Source of the DNA: Candidatus Thorarchaeota archaeon
GTDB lineage: Archaea; Asgardarchaeota; Thorarchaeia; Thorarchaeales; Thorarchaeaceae
Direction: 5' to 3'
Assembly (NCBI GenBank): GCA_029855935.1
Contig: JAGSHN010000005.1
Coordinates: 44,049-108,048 of the forward strand
DNA: 64,000 bases
The notes beneath the pieces were generated by a model, which was given only the letters and a program-made list of their open reading frames with translations, searched no databases and had not been told where the DNA came from. The first letter of the stretch is position 1. Each line of letters begins with the position of its first letter. Both the position numbers and the translations under genes were made by a program. Below are positions 48,413 through 56,462 of this stretch, piece after piece.

Positions 48413-49111
48413 CTATACATCTTCGAGTAGGTCAAAATGTCTGTATTCGTCAAGGAAATCTTTGACTATCGCAACCGCTTCGGGGTATTCTTTCTGTAAC
48501 GCAGGTGAGGTAAACACGCCAAGGCCGAGTTCAAAGTCGTGAATTATTGCACGTTCCAACCACATCAGTTGGGACTCCGAAGCATCATGCCTCTTTATGG
48601 TCATTAGCAGTGATCGAAAACGCTTCGTAATGGTGCCATTGACAATATCCTTGTCCTTGAGTAACGAACTTACAGCGGCCCAGTATTCCCTGTCGATCCG
48701 ATCATATAGGTCACGGATGCGTAATCTCCAGTTACCATTCTCTACAAAATCAATGATATTGGAGAGAGGTCGTTCCCCCTTCAACAAGTCATCAAGATGC
48801 TCGTAGACAACGGTGCGAACCACCGGATGCAGCAACATTAGTGTTCGAATAACTCCCGTGTCCAGGTTCTTTTCAAGCAAGATTCGTCGCTCATCATCAC
48901 TACACTTACGCAATTCGAAATACATCCGAACAATCTGGGGCGGTACGGCAAACGCTTGCGACAGAAAGTGTTCATTTGGCAGCCCGCCATGGGAGGTGTG
49001 AAGGTCATATCCCATCTCAATGACCCGATCTTCAAACGTGTGCAGCCGTTCCAGTATGGACTTGCTGTCATCCATCAGACCGTAGGGATCCCGAATGTGG
49101 TCAGTCGTCAA
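48413..49111 (-). CDS. Hypothetical protein with ParB/Spo0J-like HTH segment
   Basis: TTG at 49111 overlaps the upstream stop, directly after a GGGGTGAGG purine tract; segment LSQAFAVPPQIVRMYFELRKCSDDERRILLEKNLDTGVIRTLMLL. Confidence 0.6.
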   Translation of the reverse strand: MTTDHIRDPYGLMDDSKSILERLHTFEDRVIEMGYDLHTSHGGLPNEHFLSQAFAVPPQIVRMYFELRKCSDDERRILLEKNLDTGVIRTLMLLHPVVRTVVYEHLDDLLKGERPLSNIIDFVENGNWRLRIRDLYDRIDREYWAAVSSLLKDKDIVNGTITKRFRSLLMTIKRHDASESQLMWLERAIIHDFELGLGVFTSPALQKEYPEAVAIVKDFLDEYRHFDLLEDV

Positions 49112-50720
49112 CCTCACCCCCATAAAGGGTTGCGTGCCACTTATTACGCAGCGACAAGGCATAGTTGGGATCCACTGCCATCTCATTTACTAGACAGAAA
49201 TATAGTGAGTCAACAATCGCCCAATTTACGATAAGACACGATATTTTCTCATCACCTTCACGGACTGCCCATTGCCAAAGCGCGGAGGCCGTATTCACAA
49301 AGACACACATTTCGTCGGACTCCGGCCTATAGCTGTATTCCCAGAACAATGAGGGGTCATCGTATTGCGTCTGGGCTACTGAAATCAGCAGCCGACGACT
49401 ATCGTCAATCGGGACACAGTTCGTAGTGTCAACATCTCCACCCGCCGCAGTTTCAGAAAAGTCCTGAGAGAGTAAGGATACGGCTTGTTTCGCGGCGCGC
49501 CTGAGACCTTGAATGATCTTGCGTGACTTTGCCCCTCCGTCGGTCGATGCACGATACTCCTTTGACGCTTTCAACATCCGCTCAAGGATTGGCTGTAGTG
49601 CTCTCTGTGCGTCCTTCCACGACTGCAGCTCCGTATTCCATCCGACCTTCGTAAAATTAGGATCACACATGTCGAGGTGTACCTCGCCGTGTAATCGGGC
49701 ATATGTTGGATGTGGTCTCTTTGGCAGTAGCCCGTTCTCATCAGGACCAGCCTTGTGAAATGCTTCGACCAATTGCCCCTTGCGAAATGTGTGGATACCC
49801 CAGAGACCAGAACCCGAGGCACTCGTCTGACGAAGAGCCAGCCAGCCCCTTATTTTCATAGGTTCTCCTCGCTGTCCGCCCCCATAGTCTGGACGGGCCA
49901 CTAGGTCCAGTTTGTCGAGAATGACCTTTGTTCCCGGTACAATAGGAATTTCGTCTGGCTCACAAGGAGCTAGTTCCCGCTCATTTCCTGAACTGTTATC
50001 AACAATAATTATCTTGATGTTATGATACTTGATCTCAGGCGAGAAATTTCGGCCGAGTTCTTCTCTCCATATCTCAGGCCTATGATGACGCTTGTGAAGA
50101 TGCTCAATACGGATGTACGTACCGCTCTCTAGGCTGCCAAGAGGTCCACCAAGATCCGGTTCCTCGGAAACGCGGCCAATGATGCTGCCTAACTTCAAAT
50201 GTCCGTTCTCGATTTCGTGGGTATCAATCTCTATCGAACTCTCCGTTCCATCTATAAGCGATCTAGTGCGGATCGCAAATTTCCAGCCAAGACCAAGAAT
50301 CCCAACTTTCATACCCATTCCGTACATTCCCTTTCGGGACCGGAGGGGTATCCTCCGCTCATCAGAGGCGCCCCTAAGACGGAGAGCCATCTCCAGCTCG
50401 TCCAGTGTCATACCGATACCATTGTCCCAAACCTCAATGCTGTCGCCGTTATACCGTATCTTGATGACAGTTTCGGCGGGGCCAGCATCAATCACTCTGC
50501 GATATCGCCTGACGAATTCTTTGACATCAGGAACACCACGTTCCATATCCTCTTTGATGCGCAGGATCTCGTCTGCGCTGGGCCTTCGCCAGTCCAAAGC
50601 GTTTGCTACAAGCTCGGACAGGCATTGCACCACGCCAATATTTAGGGCTCCAACTCCACGAGGTGTGAAGATCCTATCATCGGCCGTGATGTCGAGCTCC
50701 CGTTCTTTGAACCCCACCAT
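49101..50720 (-). CDS. MORC-like GHKL ATPase (HATPase_c_3 + S5 fold + C-terminal domain)
   Basis: LSELVANALD (N box), VWDNGIGM (G1), GMYGMGMK (G2), GTYIRI; S5-like RLHGEVHLD..PNFTK. Confidence 0.85.
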   Translation of the reverse strand: MVGFKERELDITADDRIFTPRGVGALNIGVVQCLSELVANALDWRRPSADEILRIKEDMERGVPDVKEFVRRYRRVIDAGPAETVIKIRYNGDSIEVWDNGIGMTLDELEMALRLRGASDERRIPLRSRKGMYGMGMKVGILGLGWKFAIRTRSLIDGTESSIEIDTHEIENGHLKLGSIIGRVSEEPDLGGPLGSLESGTYIRIEHLHKRHHRPEIWREELGRNFSPEIKYHNIKIIIVDNSSGNERELAPCEPDEIPIVPGTKVILDKLDLVARPDYGGGQRGEPMKIRGWLALRQTSASGSGLWGIHTFRKGQLVEAFHKAGPDENGLLPKRPHPTYARLHGEVHLDMCDPNFTKVGWNTELQSWKDAQRALQPILERMLKASKEYRASTDGGAKSRKIIQGLRRAAKQAVSLLSQDFSETAAGGDVDTTNCVPIDDSRRLLISVAQTQYDDPSLFWEYSYRPESDEMCVFVNTASALWQWAVREGDEKISCLIVNWAIVDSLYFCLVNEMAVDPNYALSLRNKWHATLYGGEVDD

Positions 50721-51002
50721 CTGAAACCAACCAGTTAGTTACAATTGTCTATACATATCTTTCTTCGACATACTTGGTACTCTGGCTTCTCCAGGCCAAC
50801 ACGGACTGAACGGAAACTTTGCATCATCATTCGAAGAGTGATCGTGCCGCATTGGCAGTCAAATGTAGGAGAGTTAGGTGCCTCACTCAACGACCCACTC
50901 AACCCCTACCCTAGTTTGTGGGCCTCATGGGACCATTGGGATTGTGTTTGAAGCACTACTTGGAATTTTAGGGTCAGAAACTCGCCCAAGCCTCTATGGA
51001 TC

Positions 51003-51392
51003 CTAGCTAGGGTCCTCAACCTCAACCTCGATGTCACGTATGAAGAACTCCTTACCTCCAATGATCTCTGTGGCACTGCTCCCACAACGCGGGCATTTCA
51101 TTGGGGCAAAGACGGCGAGTTCAGGAGGTAGGCTCGAATCAGACTGGCTCTCACCCTCGAACCCGCAATCCTCGCATTTCAGGCGACCAGGTACAGGAAC
51201 TATGTTCAATTCAGCGCCCTCAAGGAGCGTATTCTGAGATGCGATTTCGAAGTTGAATTTCAGCTGTTCGTGAACAAGGAATGTAAACTCCCCCACCTCA
51301 ACATTGACACGATTGACCCGTCTTACAGGATGCTCCTGTAGTGCACTGAGTGCTAGCTCTACCAAGGACATTACTGCCGCAAGCTCGTGCAT
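51003..51392 (-). CDS. hypA: Hydrogenase nickel chaperone HypA
   Basis: MHE start, CEDC...CPRCGS, GGKEF. Confidence 0.95.
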   Translation of the reverse strand: MHELAAVMSLVELALSALQEHPVRRVNRVNVEVGEFTFLVHEQLKFNFEIASQNTLLEGAELNIVPVPGRLKCEDCGFEGESQSDSSLPPELAVFAPMKCPRCGSSATEIIGGKEFFIRDIEVEVEDPS

Positions 51393-51512
51393 TTTGACAT
51401 CGAAAAGAGTACAAAAGATATTGCATATGCAACTTGCGATATGAGCTAAGCGTATCGGTGACTGGAAAGAGTGGACTTATCAGGATAGATCTGCAAAGTT
51501 AGATCGAGTTGC

Positions 51513-52370
51513 ATGAGAGGTCCTGTACCGCGTCCCATCGTCAAATGGGCTGGAGGCAAGGCTCAGCTACTTCAGGAGCTGGAGGATAACCTTCCAGCCT
51601 CATTCGGTACGTACTATGAGCCTTTCTTTGGTGGGGGCGCACTCTTCTTTCATCTCTCAGCCAAAGGAGTAGTGAGGCGGGCAATCCTTTCAGACCTTAA
51701 TAGAGATCTTATGAATCTCTACACGGTGGTAAGAGATAATGTAGGGGACCTGATTACAGAACTGGCATCAGGGAAGTACAAGAACGAGAGAGATGTCTAC
51801 TACAAGATCAGAGGAGAGGAGCCAACAGACCCCATCAAGAGAGCTGCAAGATTCATCTACTTGAACAAGACCTGCTACAACGGACTGTACCGTGTCAATG
51901 CTGCAGGGAAGTTCAATGTCCCGTTTGGCAGATATCGAAATCCCAAGATCCTAGATGCGGAGAACCTGAGAGCTGCGAGCCAAGCCCTGCAGAGAGCCAG
52001 ACTATTGATTTCCGATTTTGAGGATGCAGTGCGTTCAGCCAAGGCAGGAGACCTTGTGTACTTCGATCCGCCGTATGACCCAGTGAGTGACACAGCCGAC
52101 TTCACATCATATACAGAGAGAGGGTTCGGAACCGAGGAGCAGAAGCGTCTTGCAAGAGTATTCAGAGAGCTTGACGAACGGGGTTGTTTCGTACTTGAGA
52201 GTAATTCATCCACCGAGTTCATCACGAGGCTGTATTCAGACTATCACATCGTACAGGTGTTTGCGAAAAGAGCAATAAGCTCCGACGCCTCCACAAGGGG
52301 GCCCATCCAAGAGCTCATAATAAGAAACTATGAGATCACCACCCCCCAGACACGCATTGATGAGTTCTAG
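51513..52370 (+). CDS. dam: Dam-family DNA adenine methyltransferase
   Basis: KWAGGK, EPFFGGG, NGLYRVN..GKFNVPFG, YFDPPY. Confidence 0.95.
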   Translation: MRGPVPRPIVKWAGGKAQLLQELEDNLPASFGTYYEPFFGGGALFFHLSAKGVVRRAILSDLNRDLMNLYTVVRDNVGDLITELASGKYKNERDVYYKIRGEEPTDPIKRAARFIYLNKTCYNGLYRVNAAGKFNVPFGRYRNPKILDAENLRAASQALQRARLLISDFEDAVRSAKAGDLVYFDPPYDPVSDTADFTSYTERGFGTEEQKRLARVFRELDERGCFVLESNSSTEFITRLYSDYHIVQVFAKRAISSDASTRGPIQELIIRNYEITTPQTRIDEF

Positions 52371-53869
52371 GTCCGCTTGTGATAGATGAGGAGATAGTCA
52401 TGAGTGATACTGAGAGGGGCCATGGGAGAGGTCGGTACTGGCGGATTGTCATTAGCCACAACCACAATTTCGCGAATATCGAGTGCTGGAATGGGCTCTC
52501 GCCAAACTTCAAGGGCAGGGCTAACAGTCATCCCGTCTATCCTGAAGTCACGAGTGTGAATGACGAGATGACCTCCAGGAGCGACCCGCTGGATGCCGTG
52601 CCGGATGGCCATTCGAAGCGCATCCACATATTTCCTGATGCTTGAGGGGAGAATGGACTCCATAGATGATGACTTGATATATACTAAGTCGACTGGGAAC
52701 TCATCTGGTTCAACGCAGTTTCTGATAGACGGAGAAACCACAATCTCTAGAGTATCGGAGTCGCCCCCATATCGATAAGTAACATTCTGATCCATCAGAG
52801 AGGACTTCTCTGTACAAGGGAGAATCCAAGTCGTCTTACACTCGACCACAGGGGGCTCCAGGTGGGTGGAAATGTAGCGATAGTTGATCCCCACATCCTG
52901 TCGCATTTCATCCGGGATGAGTGAAGTAGTTGGAGGCACAGTAGGATGGGATTTCACGAACACAGCTAGATATTCGTGGGATAGTAGAAGGAAATTATGT
53001 TTCACACTGCGGGAATACCAGAAGCCAGTTGTACGACAGTTATGTTGCCGCTTGATTATCAGATCCTTGAGAAGAAAGCCTTCCCGGAGAAATGTTTCGA
53101 TTGTCTGAAAGCCCAGAGGCACAACGTGTCGGTGTTTGCGGAGATCCCCAATCAGAATTGCAGCATGCCCCAAGGATTTCAAGACGCGATAACATTCTCC
53201 AGCCACCACCTTCATACTCTCGACGAATGCGGTGGGATCCTGAAGCGATAGGTCGTTCTCAATACCTGATGTATACCGGACAATGTTGGCGTAGGGCGGA
53301 TGTGTGCAGATCAGGTCAACGGTCCCGTCATCAATACAACGAAGGTCAAGCGCGTCACCGACCTCTACACAGGGTTCGTACGTCGTTGGCGGTGTTTCAC
53401 TTGTCAGCGTCGTCTGCATAGCGTGGCCGAAGTCCAAGTTCTTCCTCGTAAGAAGAATCGCAGCAGGGTTTATGTCCAAGGCGATGCACCTTCGTCCTAG
53501 AAGCTTGGCCTCTATGGCGGTGGTTCCTCCACCACAGAACTGGTCTAGGACGAGGTCACCCGGGGAACTGTATCGCAGAATTATGTTTCTTGGAATGTAG
53601 GGGGACCAATTTCCCCGATAATTCCCGGAATGTGTCGCCCATTTGCCGCGTTGTCTGAAGCTCCACACGGTGGTGGTTTCCAAGTGAAAGTCCTTTGGAG
53701 CGTAATGAGTGATCTCCTGTGGTCGGAAGAGATTGAGATTAACACCTGTCTTCTCAATTATGGCCAGCTCAATCTCTCGAAGACTTACCGAGAACTTGCT
53801 CATTATCGCCTCATCAGACATCCCGCGCATCTTGGCGGCAAGAATCTCGTCACTGAGGCTGCGGCTCAC
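52367..53869 (-). CDS. Amino-(N4C/N6A) DNA methyltransferase with N-terminal HTH and degenerate second MTase domain
   Basis: DQFCGGGTT (motif I), THPPY (motif IV); the C-terminal third repeats the fold without the catalytic motifs. Confidence 0.85.
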   Translation of the reverse strand: MSRSLSDEILAAKMRGMSDEAIMSKFSVSLREIELAIIEKTGVNLNLFRPQEITHYAPKDFHLETTTVWSFRQRGKWATHSGNYRGNWSPYIPRNIILRYSSPGDLVLDQFCGGGTTAIEAKLLGRRCIALDINPAAILLTRKNLDFGHAMQTTLTSETPPTTYEPCVEVGDALDLRCIDDGTVDLICTHPPYANIVRYTSGIENDLSLQDPTAFVESMKVVAGECYRVLKSLGHAAILIGDLRKHRHVVPLGFQTIETFLREGFLLKDLIIKRQHNCRTTGFWYSRSVKHNFLLLSHEYLAVFVKSHPTVPPTTSLIPDEMRQDVGINYRYISTHLEPPVVECKTTWILPCTEKSSLMDQNVTYRYGGDSDTLEIVVSPSIRNCVEPDEFPVDLVYIKSSSMESILPSSIRKYVDALRMAIRHGIQRVAPGGHLVIHTRDFRIDGMTVSPALEVWREPIPALDIREIVVVANDNPPVPTSPMAPLSITHDYLLIYHKRT

Positions 53870-53987
53870 TTCCTGTTCACCCGACTGCTAGCTAGGTGAA
53901 ACGCGAGTCTGATTAACACCACGCTTTCTTCACGATACCCAACCCATATAACTGACGGGATCCAATAAGAAAGAGAGGGGAGAAACA

Positions 53988-55115
53988 ATGGAGGAAGAGG
54001 CAGAGGCGGGTGTCTTCGTCACCCTCTACGACCGGGAAACTCTTGAGATCTACCTCAAGAACGGTGTATACGGGACGTTGATGCCTCCAGTTGACGGAAT
54101 GACGCTTTCCCGCACTAGACATTTTCATACTCTCGGAGACTATTCATGCCTCCGTGGAGGTATGCACTTGTTCTTCTTCTTGAAACGGTTCATAGTCTAC
54201 GGCGGGCGTATCAAGGGATCTAAGAAATACGGGGCGTTCTATTTGAATGGCATGCAGAGCCCACTGGGAAAAGCGGCAGAGGCGCCATTGGTGTGGGACG
54301 AGTCAAATAGAAGTAGATATACACCAACCAGTGAAGAAGGGCTCTTCGAAGTACCAGATGCTGGCCGACGCTGCCAGCCGTACTTGGTTCTGTTTGATGA
54401 TGATAGTGGACTGAGAGGAAGAAAAATCCGGTCTGATGAACTCTATTTCAAACTAGGGAGATTTCCATATCCACTACCCTCAAACTCTATCCAGGGAATG
54501 AGCTTCTGCGTTCTCACACCTGGTGAAACTGACATACTGTTGGATCTCATGAACATGAGCGATGAGGTAGTCGACTATGCGAAAAGCCAAGAAATGAGGC
54601 TCGAAGACACGCCCACACCATTTCATCCAAAATGGGGAATTGGCAGTGTGAAGGAGGCGTACGAAGCTTACGAACTCTTGAAACAGAGGCATAGAGGTCG
54701 TGAAACAGAGGCCTTACTACGAGGTGACGTGCTCATAAATGAGGCGCATCTGGAGGCATCTGTTTTGGCCAACCCTGAACTGCTTCCCAGGGAGATGCAA
54801 CCGCGCAACCATACTCTTAGCAGGCAAGTTCCTATCTCACCCTTCAAACCGTTTCAAATGGATAGAGCGGACATCTGCTACTATTCAAGAGAGGCCCCCA
54901 TCGGCAATGGCACTTTGCCTAGTGTCATCATCGAATTGAAGATGAAGCAGGCAGGCAAAGCAGAAGTGGAGCAAGTCGAACGCTATCTGGATTGGCTATT
55001 CTTAGTTAGGCCAGAAGAGGCACGCCAAGTTCGTGCATTTCTGTATGCTCCAATGTTTTCAAGAAGAGCTGAGGTAACGAAACATAGGGGACAGGTCAAC
55101 CTCATTACCTTCTAG
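53988..55115 (+). CDS. Putative restriction endonuclease: EVE/PUA-like N-domain + NucS-like PD-(D/E)xK domain
   Basis: NEAHLE...DRADI...IIELK...QVERY; N-terminal ETLEIYLKNGVYG...LRGGMHLFFF. Confidence 0.65.
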   Translation: MEEEAEAGVFVTLYDRETLEIYLKNGVYGTLMPPVDGMTLSRTRHFHTLGDYSCLRGGMHLFFFLKRFIVYGGRIKGSKKYGAFYLNGMQSPLGKAAEAPLVWDESNRSRYTPTSEEGLFEVPDAGRRCQPYLVLFDDDSGLRGRKIRSDELYFKLGRFPYPLPSNSIQGMSFCVLTPGETDILLDLMNMSDEVVDYAKSQEMRLEDTPTPFHPKWGIGSVKEAYEAYELLKQRHRGRETEALLRGDVLINEAHLEASVLANPELLPREMQPRNHTLSRQVPISPFKPFQMDRADICYYSREAPIGNGTLPSVIIELKMKQAGKAEVEQVERYLDWLFLVRPEEARQVRAFLYAPMFSRRAEVTKHRGQVNLITF

Positions 55116-55199
55116 AAGATCTAGAGCACCCGAGAAAAGCAACGAAAATAAAGATCGCCGCAGCTCTGCCCACATAGTGATTCGACACTGAGGGAAGCA

Positions 55200-56408
55200 G
55201 TGATGGTATGGGATCTTATTATCGCCGGGGGAGGCCCGGCCGGTGCAACCTGTGCACGGAGAGCAGCGCAACTCGGCCTTGACGTGCTCCTAATCGAGAA
55301 ACAGAATCACCCACGCAGAAAGGCGTGTGGCGGTGGACTGACTCCGCGTGTTGGAGATGCACTGGACTTGGACTTCTCGCCCGTGGTCGAGAGGGAACAA
55401 GGAGGACTCAGACTGTTCTCGCCATCGGGCCTCGCAGTCACCGAGAAACGGGCGGAGCTCACTGGCTACTTGGTCAGAAGAGAGGACTTCGATCACCTCC
55501 TGTTGAAGAAGGCAGAGGAGGCGGGGGCAACCGTATTGGAGGGGATCACCGTTCTGGACGTCATAGAGACCAGCAGCGGTGTTGATGTCGTCACCGATGA
55601 CAAGACGTACACTGCACGACTGCTTGTGGGTGCGGATGGGGTCAACAGTACTGTGGCACGAAGAACGCAACTCAAGCCGAGGTGGAGAGATGACGAGATC
55701 TGCCTGTGCATAGAGGCCTCGGTGCCTATGGACTCATCAGACATTGAGAGGATATTTGCTATTCCAGACAGCAGTGGTAGGGTCTTCATCGAGATCTATT
55801 TTGGCGCCCTGCGACACGGTTATGCGTGGGCCTTCCCGAAGAGAGAAGAGATCAGCCTGGGAATTGGGGTCCTGGTCAGCGAGCTTGAAGACCTTAGGGG
55901 CGTGTGGAAACGATTCGTTGCATCGTTTGAGGACAGATATGGTGTGAGGGTTGACCTTTCAAACACAACAGCAGCGCGTGTGCCGCTCAAGGGCCCCATC
56001 AAGAACACTGTGACGAAGCGAGTGATGCTGGTCGGTGATGCTGGGGGCTTTGTGTCACCCGCCACTGGTGAGGGGATATACTACGCTATAGAAACTGGCA
56101 GGCTTGCGGCAGAAGTCTCCAAGGAGATACTGAGTGGTGCAGAGGGTATGACGACGCAGACCTATCAGCAGAGATGGAGAAGAGCGTTCGGGAAAGACCT
56201 TGATGTCGCGAACTTCCTAGCAGGCATGATGTTCCATTCCATCGAGAATATGGAGGCGGTCTGCAGGATGGCACATGACGACCCAGTCATGCGCAGTCAC
56301 ACGTTCGAGATGATCACTGGAGCAGTGACTTACAAGGAGTCCAGGAACAGACTGATCAAGAGGATGTTGCGAAAGCATCTTGGGACTGCCGTCAAGATGG
56401 TGTTGTGA
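55200..56408 (+). CDS. Geranylgeranyl-reductase-family flavoprotein
   Basis: GGGPAG, KACGGG, GADG, GYAWAFPK, VGDAGGFVSPATGEGI. Confidence 0.9.
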   Translation: MMVWDLIIAGGGPAGATCARRAAQLGLDVLLIEKQNHPRRKACGGGLTPRVGDALDLDFSPVVEREQGGLRLFSPSGLAVTEKRAELTGYLVRREDFDHLLLKKAEEAGATVLEGITVLDVIETSSGVDVVTDDKTYTARLLVGADGVNSTVARRTQLKPRWRDDEICLCIEASVPMDSSDIERIFAIPDSSGRVFIEIYFGALRHGYAWAFPKREEISLGIGVLVSELEDLRGVWKRFVASFEDRYGVRVDLSNTTAARVPLKGPIKNTVTKRVMLVGDAGGFVSPATGEGIYYAIETGRLAAEVSKEILSGAEGMTTQTYQQRWRRAFGKDLDVANFLAGMMFHSIENMEAVCRMAHDDPVMRSHTFEMITGAVTYKESRNRLIKRMLRKHLGTAVKMVL

Positions 56409-56422
56409 AGAGAGGGGGTTGC

Positions 56423-56443
56423 GCGGCATGAGATTCATGCCGC
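56423..56443. terminator. Perfect 9-bp hairpin between convergent genes
   Basis: GCGGCATGA-GAT-TCATGCCGC. Confidence 0.5.
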
Positions 56444-56462
56444 ATACTACGGAGGACTGACA

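Noticed and set aside
50884-50903. CACTCAAC direct repeat upstream of the GHKL gene
   Set aside because: Only two 8-nt copies; could be an operator but cannot be distinguished from chance.
44619-51002. Integrative mobile element with att sites
   Set aside because: No integrase, transposase, tRNA target or flanking direct repeat found by eye.
44881-55115. DISARM, BREX or Dnd/Pbe assignment
   Set aside because: Signature partner genes are absent, and hypA separates the SNF2 operon from the methylases.
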